Assembly (NCBI GenBank): GCA_038227875.1
Contig: JBBRPR010000034.1
Span: 1 to 64,000 of the forward strand
Source: Planctomycetota bacterium
GTDB taxonomy: Bacteria; Planctomycetota; SZUA-567; H5-PLA8
DNA length: 64,000 nucleotides
Direction: 5' to 3'
In this document: piece after piece, positions 30,601-36,860 of the stretch
How the letters are laid out: each line of letters begins with the position of its first letter
How positions within the stretch are numbered: position 1 is the first letter of the stretch
Notes under the pieces: generated by a model
What the model saw: only the letters and a program-made list of their open reading frames with translations
Told to the model about the DNA's origin: nothing
Database searches by the model: none
Translations under genes and position numbers: made by a program

Positions 30601-31287
30601 CGTCAGCGTTGGCGCAGTATTTACGTAGTACAGACCACCGGTTACATCCGACGTAGTTGCTCCAAGGTTATTGTTATTGGCATAGTCATACGTCCCAATA
30701 CCAAAGGACGTAAATCGCATATTTACTTTGTAACTAAATGTTGTTCCGTCGATGATGCGGACAGCTCCGCCCACACTCGCTTGCAGCCCTACAGTCGTTG
30801 GGTCAATTAGCTTGACTGGATTGTTGTTTTGATCCGTGATGGTAGCCGTGAAGGTAACGGGAACTGTTGGGGAACCGACGATAGTTGCTGTAAATACCAG
30901 AACTCCGCCATTCAAAGATGAACTGCCTGGCACAAAAACAAGTGTCTGATTGTTTCCGAAAATACCCAGTTGAATTGAATTAGGTACAAAAGCCCAGTAG
31001 ACCTGCCCACCGTCTTTGTCCGCCAGCTTAACATTTGAAAACGTCCAATTCTGGCCGCCCTTAGCAATCGCGCCACCCGACTGCCCATTAATGACCGGAG
31101 CCGAAACAAACGTCACGCCTCCAGGCGGTTGAACTGGGAAGATGAAAGGCCCTGTCGCAGTCAAACCCCACGCTGCGTTTGGAATGCAAGCAAGCAAAAG
31201 GAGCGCGGCCAGCAGCGCGTTTGTCGCACGACTGTTTCGAATCAAATTAGACGCACCTCGTTGCTCGGAAATCTTCAAGGACTTCAT
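12610..31287 (-). CDS. Giant (~6,225 aa) secreted adhesin. Order: 3 CSPG/cadherin-like, Ig-like (Big_9 type), NHL-like propeller, PKD, autotransporter-associated beta-strand repeats, parallel beta-helices, IPT/TIG, MBG-like repeats, IPT/TIG, PKD, unknown C-terminal domain
   Basis: Uninterrupted 18.7-kb ORF; signal peptide LLAALLLLACIPNAAWG. Motifs: FTQ.DI....I.Y x3, K.G.GTL..SG..TY.G.T..S.GTL, DASGNW.G..DY.PWL, KATP.ITW..P..ITYGT.LS.TQLNA repeats, P.I..L.P...AG...FTLT..G..F repeats, WDFGDG. Confidence 0.93.
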   Translation of the reverse strand: MKSLKISEQRGASNLIRNSRATNALLAALLLLACIPNAAWGLTATGPFIFPVQPPGGVTFVSAPVINGQSGGAIAKGGQNWTFSNVKLADKDGGQVYWAFVPNSIQLGIFGNNQTLVFVPGSSSLNGGVLVFTATIVGSPTVPVTFTATITDQNNNPVKLIDPTTVGLQASVGGAVRIIDGTTFSYKVNMRFTSFGIGTYDYANNNNLGATTSDVTGGLYYVNTAPTLTPGFDNTQTVVIPGNQSSTALPFSVSDNETATGSLVTSVSAVDTTLFPNGSLSLTNLGSGNYTLTMTPALNQSASTTVTVSVLDADGATSSFSIPVVVTPALKLQENRGVTVDQTQTVTITNTLLSASDSLYPPTQIIYTIPTGTGGGSVAYGSLKNSGAPLIAGSTFTQDDINNNRITYTETDTSGQTHDGFQFGVTDPGGGFAIDQGHTTFTFPININLYLQVATNVTLPVNQTATVVVPSSNLQATDTRFTSTNIVYTILSGGLPQYGVLKKNNAAVSVGGTFTQDDIDGGIISYTETDNTGQQSDGFKFSVSDPYGAMASTGTVTGTTFTFKFAINRTVKLAINTGVSLNQRSSVNFSNTALLTTDSSGGADAQITYTFINGARNGKLRKNTTALAPGDTFTQQDIDDQIISYATDDVTDVSGELVDDFQISIKNSQGFVAGDNGFTTFTVPITITFVNRPPVANNGNANVGLGATYNGTLSATDPDKVFQQPGGQTLTYTVDQPQAGSVSTNAQGQFTYVAPGTPQQDSFVFHVTDGFATADGVFTLNVQNQPPTAINGSGSTTQGVALNGTLAATDPDLPAQQLTFSLKTNGSRGSANVNANGTFTYTPSPYEFGTDSFMFNVVDALGAAATPGTFTVTIVPKVTPGDIFVADSQAAAVILIDPVTGNQFKIATGLSNAQSITFEASGTLLVSTQNNNVPSIIRVDPATGQQTPLVTTGLSMPLGMFAEASGSFLVADGTAGVNRYNANGTPAGNVLPGGHVLATGVAEAANGDIYINNGLFFFGQGEPSVVVKIPSGGNPATFASGGDITLPLGIALDTSGNVYISDVAQLFGNQPTLPNLVLKLDSAGNQTRVGVDGSIVGPTSIAVDSAGKIVTASAGSASIVRINPATQAQTVLSSQNFLVQPFGLTLVPNTVPVADSQTFTYSEGAAAQPLPVTLTATDADNGPRQLSYRVIQSPARGSLSGTAPALTYTPAHVAFEADSFVFVANDGIADSPPATITINVPNNPPTVVASDFQAAIGSPTILNFSFSDPGSAVETYTASVNWGDGNVDSNIAVTSGANQVSHTYASRGNFTVVIAVTDSNNGVGQATVKSFAVSSSSLAISSAWAGFTTGTLVYLPGDPNPHWIGYDAFPTFSAAIVALTPGGTISMSGGTYGGVNASMAFTFAVPVATDVVTFTGPFTGTGPVGIAGPGAIEFIGTGGYTGVVNVTGGTLKVNSATAFASASGVTVSGAGSVVGGFGLINGGFHAFGNGANSPGNSPSTQTFNGDYDLTNNGQLDVEIQGFTTAGTDYDQVIVTGGGMVKLDTTSILNIDLNALPKDTPGDANIIKYPTGNLSGVFAPANIHILNNNFRYNVAVDTTSFTDKIVVHVTQPNSVTVDSSVPSVGTTFSDVNTALNCVAPLGTILINTGTGPYDAAGFALYKQVTFSVNAGQSPVISGSISNASPSIVLVKAGPGTLTLSGTDTYLGATNVSAGTLLINSPGSLTIGGGAVSVNSNATLGGDGTINRDILVTSGGTLAPGTPTSYGILHGGNVTLQSGAKLLVKIKNFSVAGTDFDQLSLTGSLTLDSALAVNATNMYQSGTAAILVAATKSGTFTGGLSFINGIAGTTGLVSYPVGSGNVSLQVTVPPPSPVYVDPLFAGTTAGAAPTTSTAPGVPPPATARFLYDSFATITQGVAAVAPAGNVIVNGAGGSGYHETVTISKALFFTGAGDLTTATTDKFILDIGSDLTGSAGVTAPAVDLNQTGAAVAKLSDGLLVASTNAVVSLASGARSFGAATLTRDVQLNVASASAIVGSLSGTTGNVTKIGAGTLIYSGTDTYSGTTTISAGTLEVDGSLSSNVTIGGSGLLSGTGPITGSITTQTGGRITPGVGASELGVLAGGDTNVSVGGVLTLRVKKVTSATAGTDFGQLDLTGHTLTLGGTSTLVLDFNGLIAAGGPVSIATYNSVSGVFKNVTVINDVGFTYKLDYTSDANNLLLTILPVTNTFVDKTNYNALANGTSVTFANDPVPGSPHIIGVDAFTTIASGITACQPTYTCYVAKATYSENITLNKAMTLKGEQAGVPGYVNPAGPAPTTASTVRPVANETIIAGATGFGAVVNVTSPTVVIDGVRIVLPASGSGGFNQGITNTAAVTSLTVQNSVLDYSASTDANTYGINVPNAATFTYVATENAFTGNSTTANGTATASAQTSGGNAIASVSDNLIVHSSSGIVGAFGGGAGIQQNVILGATSGLNVATNNTLVQGNTFSGCADAVIIQPTYGGSLDITTLTGNTFVNNLRQLNLIDTVSALVISGDTIAALDATNLKALLPLNTLDRAVYGTGNGGGDALVNDESGFVIVRSDIQSSVTAASATDTVHVLNGTYTENVTVPKALTILGNGAANTTVKAAAGDVFTLTHDTISIQNLTVDGLTTALNGINTNGAANLTAIVVDSLTIQNLKNSGVKNSSANGATTVNNCTIKTIGGAVASGAAGISISNGTATITKNTVSSAAIGVLVASSPAGATVVVGGTGAGNTISGCIVGALSRASASTAGDVISFNTLSNNTYGAVIEQPATTTSQVTSNTVKSTSYGIAVFGGSATVSSNTISPFATGGVGLLASSIVPPGGDFPATLTANGNILTGLDTGLAVAKGTSATQFNATLNSVSASVAGIGVQFAPSFTDYLGVTQTGNGGSATLTNNQLKTLATGALVNNSGVLTLLQNTIQSNTIGVDESTGTINTIQNNFITLNAVGVQFESAANGLGTIFNNDLSVNTSFAVKNLTSPQTAVDASGNWWGGFTPVSVTGAISGLADYSPWLHTGTPLALATPGFNGDFTWLHVDNHSANAGSVTFIQEGVNLATAGGKVQVEDGATAYTEDVTIAKDLTLVSTHASGSVTIAGVGTTATSGAIKVTAGKVAIGTGASTGFTINGAGQAAVYLDSTAGVCSVTGNIISAADTSNALLALSSGHTLASNTFKVATGKTATELVNIGTSATPTAVTGNTFTGANAIGLLQQADGSAITTNDFSNSASVTARVKLDAASAGTISGNNFKNAPPVSGFGAQFWDLQRSVANLRALYAANTFDRGALVGYGTTAQLAGNNGQAIFDRLAKAIAAAAGGATPSPIDIRTGFYDESNIAVDRSVSLDGQTPGNGNVQVVPVAAAGSAFVLSSGAVTIQNLTVDGSGGAAGKTYDFAISAPGAAALDGVTINQNTLKNIGTSAVDFSTTVLSSGLAVTGNTISATPTGLKLTHVDSTVIGNSITGTSVAGIDVDATLTTLPSTFNSNTVSGTGSGLKLAHLAKGSVVGAPTLGNLVTLTGNTDDLYAILVDSSQGTVSVSSNTVSLGTAGTGKDVGIGVLSSGGAVTVDANTISCQKGNSGIFLYGNGTGLVFVTNNSLTATNATAGAATGRAVDIALSDILLYNGPGTTTAGDAVIGTNSITGFDRGIDILQLGTPGGGLTATVGGSGTGNTITSAVTSGIRVRDTNQKGINAPSANAQISNNSITGTGIGLDIDGAAAFAGQNSITGNLTVGVRLTNKGVATGAPGLFQNTITTLGVGVLAVDGGTLDGAEQNFITGNASDGIKIAKVNSDGFVTAKIFNNKLSGNGGKAVNNATVAATTVDASGNWFGFTTQTAVTATVSAAVDYTPWLNSGADGNTGVAGFQGDFTFLNVWNGSPQTAGNFIDEATGLLTGSGFIVQVWPNTTAYNETVTLNKTVDLRGAKYTIDPLSRSSGAGESIIDGSGQGSPLVFVATSGTGSSIDGFTIRKAVGVSVQFADTSATLSNNIINGFSGGIAVQVSSNSATVRANLLNAGAASGSTSGISLDPNVTGATIDSNEIQSCSVAAVTLLGGNNTTTIKNNKLLQNSGAGVSVQGATSSTVKVNSNSIQSFSQDGLLNTSTSVLDATLNFWGDSSGPYDSVNNLAGLGSNVTGLGKTYSEWLGNGADQFPAQIGFQPFPSPLYGLATQLTFVTPPGDGLVNQLLAPQPVIQALDLQGNLALSFNGPVTVLLFNNTNFASLIGTTTIFATNGVIRFNDLGVNKAGTYNLRAVSSGLTPQLSASFTINPTGTPNITSINPAHVQQNSGSFLLDITDTSAQMTAGTSVLINGTAVSTTYVSTTEVYAVVPATVAATAGTKTVSLLTNSVASNTVVLTVNAPPVAVNDSFTTPFGSAPFIADVLANDTTESGETLTITAITQPAHGSAVLNATNDRILYTPDLNFTTTDSVNYTISDGNGGTASAKATFTAQLPVPAISALSPSTVFTGTTSQVLTITGTGFTAGTTVKFSAATPIVPSAISATSITVTVPDAELANAGSVPVTVTTLGGTSAPATLTVSKRTPTISWPTPVSITYGTPLSATQLNAVASTAGSYIYLPPATTILDAGVQTLSVTFNPTDTNNYTSATATVQLNVLKASPVVTLSGLNVIYDGSPKPITVTTTPSPLATTVLYNGSSTAPTTAGTYNVLVTINDLDYASTTNAVLNIAKATPIITWSNPAAITYGTALSSTTELNATSSVAAGSFVYNPLAGIVLNAGANQTLTTTFTPTDTTNYTTATKSVTIDVNKATPTITWPTPADINYGTVLSATQLNATSGGLPGSFVYTPAAGTVLGVGNAQGLSVTFTPTDSVNYASVTKTTTINVLVTTPTITWNNPADITYGTALSSTQLNATSGGIAGAFVYTPPSGTVLNAASGQLLSVTFTPTDTNYPTVTATAKINVNKATPTITWATPVSITYGTALTATQLNAGASTGGSFTYAPDFGAILHAGVQTLTVTFDPTDTTNYTTATATVQLNVLKASPVVTLGGLNAIYDGSPKPITVTTTPSPLNTTVLYNGSSSAPTTAGTYNVLVTINDLDYASTTNAVLNIAKATPIITWSNPSAITYGTALSTTELNASSSVASGSFVYNPLAGIVLNAGANQTLTTTFTPTDTTNYTTATKSVTIDVNKATPTITWPTPADITYGTALSATQLNATSGGLPGSFAYTPAAGTVLTVGNAQSLSVTFTPTDSVNYASVTKTTTINVLVTTPTITWNNPADITYGTALSSTQLNATSGGVAGTFAYTPAAGTVLNAGSGQLLSVTFTPSDLTNYAAVTATAKINVLMATPTITWATPLPIVYGTALDNTQLNATASTPGSFTYLPVSGAVLNAGVQTLTATFAPTDTTNFTGATASVQLTVQKAAPPTFTLSGLSVTYDGNPKPITVTTSPASLAATATILYNGSVTAPTNAGTYNVLVTINDTNYTGSTNAVLFIAKATPAITWANPSPITYGTALSSTELNATSATAGSFAYAPPSGTVLNAGVGQTLSTTFTPTDTANYNSATATALITVNNPAPAITQLNPASATAGGSGFSLTLTGTGFVPGSVVYWNGSARTTIFSSSTQLVATIPAADIATGGSASVTVTNPAPAGGTSSAATFTINNPATPAISGLTPAFITAGSAGFTLTVNGSNFATGAVIQWNGTNLTTAFVSSTQLTASISAASIASAGSVLVTVFNPLPSGGLSSAATFTVLNPAPSISNLSQTTATQGASGFTLTITGSNFVAGSVCQWNGLARVTTFVSSTQITAAITTADLAVVKANAVTVFNPGPGGGTSSAATLDVTAPNAVPVITSVSPSSTLVGTAGLNIMLNGTGFAPTATVNFNGVSRPTAFINSTLLIVVIPAGDLSAAGTASITVVNPAPGGGTSAAANFSIDNPAPVLTDVSPLTATAGDAATAITVSGVNFVSASKIQFGGISLTTTFVSATQLTATIPAASLTAAGSFAITVASPTPGGGVSNAVTYLVKGKLVVTSAATATPNPAKVGQVVTATVAGVDPSGVALTVSWDFGDGSPAAGGASATHTYTTPQVYTITATMFDTQGNTIKSTTTVTVAAAATPPGTITIVKAALKGKNPSLGKDVLSLGGSLALPATVTSLSGPLTISIGSVSKTFTLNAKGSGTASPSSFKFGKRTSVAPFTAKISANLSSVLVAAGVPAGGSGKATIPITINFGGADYAGTVTLNVTTTGANVVGK
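15337..17628. repeat. Intragenic tandem duplication of 2 x 1146 bp (382 aa; five Ig-like modules per unit), plus a diverged partial third unit (~14660-15336)
   Basis: Unit starts at codons 17628 (KRTP), 16482 (KATP) and 15336 (MATP), each 1146 bp apart. Long near-identical DNA, e.g. from 15481 versus from 16624. Confidence 0.9.
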
Positions 31288-31701
31288 TGGCGAACTCCAA
31301 TTCAAGGTTCAATGTCGACGCCGATTGCAGCGCGTGACGCAGCAGCGCTATTCGCACTCGAAAACACGATTTCGCAGCGGTGCCAGGCAAGATGAAAAAC
31401 ATGTAAGTCTATTTGAATTCGGCGCGGGAGTATAACTGTATCGCGGAAAGGGGTCAAAACTTATTTCTAGATACCACTCAAGTTTGTAAATCATTATCAG
31501 GTATACACATGCAACTACAACAAGGCAGTTTCTTCCGAGATTAACGCGTGGTGCTTTTTAATTATTTTACAGGTCTCTTGTGTTGCGTTTTCGTGAACTT
31601 TTGCTTCTACCTGATATAAGTCCAGACACCTTAACGGCGCGCCTAGTGCAGCGGCCGTTCAGGTGCGTTTATCCTTTCCTCTAACTGGTTACGAGAATAG
31701 T

Positions 31702-34700
31702 ATGGAAAACCCATCATTGAACTTTCAAGCTTGCGGACAGGGGCTTTGCGTGGACGCGGAATTGCCGGCTGAGCATGAGGCCAGGACGCTCATTCACGAT
31801 GGGCGCAACTCGCGCGTCTTTCGGATGCGGCGGGGGCGCGATGGCGGGCGCGTTGTGCTGAAAGTGCTCAAGGCCGACTACCCCACCCCGGCGCAGCTCC
31901 GGCGCTTTCGGCAGGAATTCCGGCTCGCTTCGGGGCTCAATCTTCCGGGTGTGATCAAGGCGTACGATCTCGAAGGTTATCAGCGCACGCTCGCGATTTC
32001 GTTTGAGGACATCGATGGCATCTCGCTGCGGCAGTGGGCGGCGCAGCATCCGGGTGGCGTGCTCTCCGTGCCGGAATTTCTGCCGATCGCCATCAAGCTC
32101 GCCGACGGGCTGCGCCAGCTTCACGGGCTGAACATCATTCACAAGGATATCAACCCGGGTAACGTCGTCTACAATGCCAGCACGGGCACGCTGAAAATCA
32201 TCGACCTGGGCATTTCCAATCAGTTGAGTTCCGAAAACCCGGCGCTGAAAATTCCGGAGGTGCTGGAAGGAACGCTGCCGTACATTTCGCCTGAACAATC
32301 CGGACGGATGAACCGGTCGCTGGATTACCGGACGGATTTTTATTCGCTGGGCGTCACGTTTTATGAACTGCTGATGGGCAAGCTGCCCTTCGCGGCGAAG
32401 GATCCGCTGGAGCTGATTCATTGTCATCTCGCGCAGGAAGCGCCGCCGCTGCAGACGCAGCCGCGACAGGCGCAGGGACTCTGCGCCATCGTGATGAAGC
32501 TGATGGCCAAAAACGCGGAGGACCGTTATCAGAGCTCGGCGGGAATCATCGCCGATCTGGAGCGCTGCCAGGAATTGTGGAAGCTGACGGGCGGAGGCGC
32601 GGTTCCGGAATTCCCGCTCGGCTCGCGCGACATTCCCGAGCGCTTCCACGTTCCGCAGAAGCTCTATGGACGGCAGCGCGAGCAGGCGGCGTTGCTCGCA
32701 GCGTTTGAAAAGCTGACGCGCATCGATCCGCAGACGAACCAGATGCATTGCACGTTCGCGCTGATCGGCGGGTATTCGGGCATCGGCAAATCGTCGCTGG
32801 TTCGCGAGCTGTACAAACCGATCACGAAGAAGCGCGGCTACTTTGCGTCGGGAAAATTCGAGCAGTACCAGCGCAACATTCCGTACTCGGCGCTGGTGGA
32901 AGCATTTTCGCGACTGATCCGCGAATGGCTGAGCGAATCGACGGCAACGCTCGATCAGCGACGCGCGGCGTTGCTGGAAGCGGTCGGCAACAACGGGCGC
33001 GTGCTGATCGACGTTTTTCCGGACGTGCAACTGATCATCGGCGCGCAGCCGCCGGTCGCGGAGCTCGCGCCGATGGCGGCGCAGAACCGTTTCAACGGCG
33101 TGTTTCAGTCGTTCCTGCGCGCGGTCTGCAGCGAGGAACATCCGCTGGCGTTGTTTCTGGACGATTTGCAGTGGGCCGATCTGGCTACATTGAAGTTGAT
33201 CGAGCGGATCGTCTCCGAGCGGCAGGTGCCGTGCTTGATGATCATCGGCGCGTATCGAGACAACGAAGTCGACGCCGGCCATCCGCTCACGCTGACGGTG
33301 GAACAGCTGCGGCAGGCCGGCGCGCCAATGGAGCGGCTGACGCTGGCTCCGCTGGAGTTGCCGGCCATCGCACAGCTTGTTGGCGATACGCTCCATCGAC
33401 CTCCGGATGCGGCGATGGAACTGGCGACGCTGGTGCAGCGCAAGACGGGTGGCAATCCCTTTTTCATCAACGAATACCTGCGGACGCTGGAGCGTGAAAA
33501 GCTTCTGACGCTCAATCGCGAATCGGGCGCGTGGCAGTGGCACATCGCCCGAATCGAAGCGACGGGCTTCACGGACAACGTGGTCGACCTGATGCTCGGC
33601 CAGTTGCAGAAGTTGCCCGCGGCGGAGCAGGCGGCGCTGTCGACGGCGGCGTTTCTCGGGGCGGAGTTCACGCTGGAGAAGCTAGCGCGGATTTGCGGCT
33701 TCGATCCCGCGACGGTCTTCGCGAATCTAAAGTCGGCGCTCGACCTGGGATTCGTCCTGCCGCGTTCGCAGATGGACGAGAACCTCCTGATTACCGAATT
33801 CCAATTCGGCCACGACCGTATTCAGCAAGCTGCGTACAACCTGGTTCCGCAGGAACAGCAGGCGGCGATGCATTTGAAGATCGGCCGGGTGCTCCAGCAT
33901 GCGGCGACGGAGAAGGAACTCGACGAACTGCAGTTCGATCTCGTCAATCATTTGAATCTGGCGGGCGCGCTGATCACCGCCCACAACGAGCGCGAAAAAC
34001 TGGCGGAACTGAATCTGCGCGCCGGGCGCAAGGCGCTGGCGGCGGCGGCGTTCAAGTCGAGCTTCACGTACTTGCAGCAAGGCATTGCGCTCCTGAGTGC
34101 GGATGCGTGGGAGACGCAGTACGCGCTCGCGCTGCGTCTTCACACCGATGCGGCCAATGCGGCGTTCCTCTGCGATGATGTGGAAAGCATGCAGCGCCTT
34201 TCGGAATGCGTGATGCAGCGCGCGACATCCGCGCTGGATCGCGCCCCGGTTTGCGCGGTCCGTATTGAAGCGCTCGGCAATCGCGGCCGCTTTGCCGAAG
34301 CGATCGCCATCGGCCTGAACCTGCTGGCGGAGCTGGGTATCCATTTCCCGGCCAATCCCGGACGGCCGGATTTTGTGCGAGCGCTGTGGGAAACACAGGC
34401 GCTGATCGCGAAGAAGGAGCCGGCGGAACTCGCGACCATGGCGGAGATGCGCGACCCGGTGATGCTCGCGGCCATGCGGCTGCTGTCGAAGCTCGAGCCG
34501 GTAACGTTCGTCGGCTCCGTCGATTTGAATGCGCTGATCACGCTCAAGCAGGTGGCGCTTTCGATGCTGCATGGAAACGCGCGGCAATCGGCGTCTTCGT
34601 ATGCGACGTACGGGCTGATCCTTTGCGGCATCGTCGGCGACCTCGAATCGGGATTCAAATTCGGACAGGTCGCGCTCGAACTGGCTTCACGGCCGGGCAG

Positions 34701-36828
34701 CAAATCAGTGGAGCCGATGGAACCGATGGAACCGATGGAACCGATGGTGTTGATGGTCGTCCATTCGTTCATCAACCATTGGAAACTTCATCTGAAGGAA
34801 ACGCTGGAGCCCCTGCAACGCGCGCACGGACTGGGCGTCGAGTCCGGTGATTTTGCCTACGCGGGCTATGCGGCATTCGATTACTGCACGCACGGCATGC
34901 TCATTGGCAAAAATCTGCCCGATTTGAAAATGGATATCGACCACTACGCCAAAGCGCTGGCGCGGATGGGGCAGCATTCGGCGCTGGCTTATTTGCAATC
35001 GTATCAACAGGCGGTGGAATGCCTGCTCGGAAGCTCGCCGGAATTTGCGGAACTCTCCGGAACAATACTGACTGAACCCGATGCCATCGCGCGTTTTCAG
35101 CAGCAGAACAACCGTGCGGGGTTGTGGCACCTGTACACGGCCAAGTTACCGCTGAGCTACTTGTTCGAAAATTACGACCAGGCGCGCGAGATCAGCGACC
35201 TCGCGAACCAGTACATCAGCGCCGGATTGTCTGGCGTCGCCGTGCCGATCTTGTGCTTCTATGATTCGCTCACCCGCCTGGCGCTCTGTCCCAAGCTCGC
35301 ACCGGCGGAGCGCGCGGCGGCGTTGCAGCGGGTGAGCGAGAATCAGCAGACGCTGGATCGGTGGACCATGGCTGCGCCGATGAATTACCGGCACAAATTC
35401 CAGCTGGTCGAAGCCGAGCGGCATCGCATTCTCGGCCAGAAATTGGAAGCGATCGAATGCTACGAGCAGGCGATTGCCGCGGCCAGGGAGCAGCGCTATC
35501 TGCAAGAAGAAGCGCTGGCCAACGAACTGACGGCGAACTTCTATCTCGAATGGAACAAGCTCACGGCCGCGCGCGCGTATTTGGCGGAAGCGCGACATTG
35601 CTATCTGCATTGGGGTGCGACGGCCAAGGTCAATCGGCTGGATCTCAAGCGCGGCCAGCTCCTGGCCGAGATCACGCCGATTCAAACGCACGTGGCTTCC
35701 TCGGACACCACCAGCAGCGACGGCTCCGGCAGTGGCAGCGCGGCGTTGGATCTCGCCTCGGTGGCGAAGTCGTCGCAGGCGATTTCCAGCCAGATCGTGC
35801 TGGAGAAGCTGCTGGAAGCGCTGATGAAAATTCTGCTCGAAACGGCGGGCGCGCAGTCTGGTTCGCTGCTGCTGAATTCCGCGTCGGCGTCCGGCGAGTT
35901 GGGTGAACTCCGAATCGAAGCGCGTGGCGCAGCCGGATCAGTGGCGGTCGTACGCTCTGAAGCCATTGACGACAGGCTTCCAGTATCCGTCTTGAATTAC
36001 GTCGCGCGCTCGCGCGAAAGCCTGATGCTCGACGACCCGGCCGCGCACAGTTCGTTCAGCAACGATCCGTACATCCAGGCGGTCCGGCCGAAGTCGGTGC
36101 TCTGCTACCCGCTGCTCGATCGCCGCCGGCTGACCGGGGTCGCGTACCTGGAGAACAATCTGACGCCGGGCGCGTTCACGCCGGGTCGGATCGAAGTACT
36201 GAAACTGCTCTCCGGGCAGGCGGCGATCTCGATTGAAAACGCGAAACTTTACGCGAGCTTGGAACACAAGGTGGCCGAACGCACGGCGGAACTGGCGAAG
36301 GCCAACGAAGAGTTGAATCGCCTGGCGACGCTCGACGCACTGACGCAAGTCGCCAATCGGCGCAGCTTCGATGCGTTTCTGACGAACGAATGGAATCGCC
36401 AACTGCGCGAACGCGCGCCGCTGGCGCTGATCATGATCGATATCGATTTCTTCAAGCAGTACAACGATCGCAACGGGCATCAGGGCGGCGACGATTGCCT
36501 GGTGAACGTCGCGCGCACGCTGGCGCAGACCTTGCGGCGCGCCGGAGATTTCATCGCGCGCTATGGTGGCGAGGAATTCGCTGCAATTCTGCCGCACACG
36601 GATTTGGACGGCGCGTGTGCCGTGGCTGAATCGCTACGCCTGGCGGTGGAGGAAGCCAAGCTCCCCCACCCTGCGTCCCAGGTCGGCCCGTACGTGACGC
36701 TGAGCATGGGCGTTGCGAGTTGGGTTCCGCAGCCGGGTCAGCTTTCCAGCGCCTTGTTGGTGGCGGCAGATGAAGCGCTGTACTCCGCCAAACGGAACGG
36801 CCGCGCTCGGATCTGCCGGTACTCCTAA
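31702..36828 (+). CDS. Ser/Thr kinase - AAA (STAND-like) - helical repeat - GAF - GGDEF diguanylate cyclase
   Basis: Kinase VLK, HKDINPGN, DLG, GTLPYISPEQ; Walker A GYSGIGKS and Walker B LFLDDLQWAD; GGNPFF; GAF with YLENN; GGDEF domain DIDFFKQYND..GH..GD with I-site RAGD and RYGGEEF. Confidence 0.93.
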   Translation: MENPSLNFQACGQGLCVDAELPAEHEARTLIHDGRNSRVFRMRRGRDGGRVVLKVLKADYPTPAQLRRFRQEFRLASGLNLPGVIKAYDLEGYQRTLAISFEDIDGISLRQWAAQHPGGVLSVPEFLPIAIKLADGLRQLHGLNIIHKDINPGNVVYNASTGTLKIIDLGISNQLSSENPALKIPEVLEGTLPYISPEQSGRMNRSLDYRTDFYSLGVTFYELLMGKLPFAAKDPLELIHCHLAQEAPPLQTQPRQAQGLCAIVMKLMAKNAEDRYQSSAGIIADLERCQELWKLTGGGAVPEFPLGSRDIPERFHVPQKLYGRQREQAALLAAFEKLTRIDPQTNQMHCTFALIGGYSGIGKSSLVRELYKPITKKRGYFASGKFEQYQRNIPYSALVEAFSRLIREWLSESTATLDQRRAALLEAVGNNGRVLIDVFPDVQLIIGAQPPVAELAPMAAQNRFNGVFQSFLRAVCSEEHPLALFLDDLQWADLATLKLIERIVSERQVPCLMIIGAYRDNEVDAGHPLTLTVEQLRQAGAPMERLTLAPLELPAIAQLVGDTLHRPPDAAMELATLVQRKTGGNPFFINEYLRTLEREKLLTLNRESGAWQWHIARIEATGFTDNVVDLMLGQLQKLPAAEQAALSTAAFLGAEFTLEKLARICGFDPATVFANLKSALDLGFVLPRSQMDENLLITEFQFGHDRIQQAAYNLVPQEQQAAMHLKIGRVLQHAATEKELDELQFDLVNHLNLAGALITAHNEREKLAELNLRAGRKALAAAAFKSSFTYLQQGIALLSADAWETQYALALRLHTDAANAAFLCDDVESMQRLSECVMQRATSALDRAPVCAVRIEALGNRGRFAEAIAIGLNLLAELGIHFPANPGRPDFVRALWETQALIAKKEPAELATMAEMRDPVMLAAMRLLSKLEPVTFVGSVDLNALITLKQVALSMLHGNARQSASSYATYGLILCGIVGDLESGFKFGQVALELASRPGSKSVEPMEPMEPMEPMVLMVVHSFINHWKLHLKETLEPLQRAHGLGVESGDFAYAGYAAFDYCTHGMLIGKNLPDLKMDIDHYAKALARMGQHSALAYLQSYQQAVECLLGSSPEFAELSGTILTEPDAIARFQQQNNRAGLWHLYTAKLPLSYLFENYDQAREISDLANQYISAGLSGVAVPILCFYDSLTRLALCPKLAPAERAAALQRVSENQQTLDRWTMAAPMNYRHKFQLVEAERHRILGQKLEAIECYEQAIAAAREQRYLQEEALANELTANFYLEWNKLTAARAYLAEARHCYLHWGATAKVNRLDLKRGQLLAEITPIQTHVASSDTTSSDGSGSGSAALDLASVAKSSQAISSQIVLEKLLEALMKILLETAGAQSGSLLLNSASASGELGELRIEARGAAGSVAVVRSEAIDDRLPVSVLNYVARSRESLMLDDPAAHSSFSNDPYIQAVRPKSVLCYPLLDRRRLTGVAYLENNLTPGAFTPGRIEVLKLLSGQAAISIENAKLYASLEHKVAERTAELAKANEELNRLATLDALTQVANRRSFDAFLTNEWNRQLRERAPLALIMIDIDFFKQYNDRNGHQGGDDCLVNVARTLAQTLRRAGDFIARYGGEEFAAILPHTDLDGACAVAESLRLAVEEAKLPHPASQVGPYVTLSMGVASWVPQPGQLSSALLVAADEALYSAKRNGRARICRYS
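34711..34746 (+). repeat. In-frame 9-bp tandem repeat x4 encoding (EPM)4
   Basis: GAGCCGATG GAACCGATG GAACCGATG GAACCGATG. Confidence 0.95.
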
Positions 36829-36860
36829 ACGACACGTGCTCCGCGTTCACACGATGCTTC

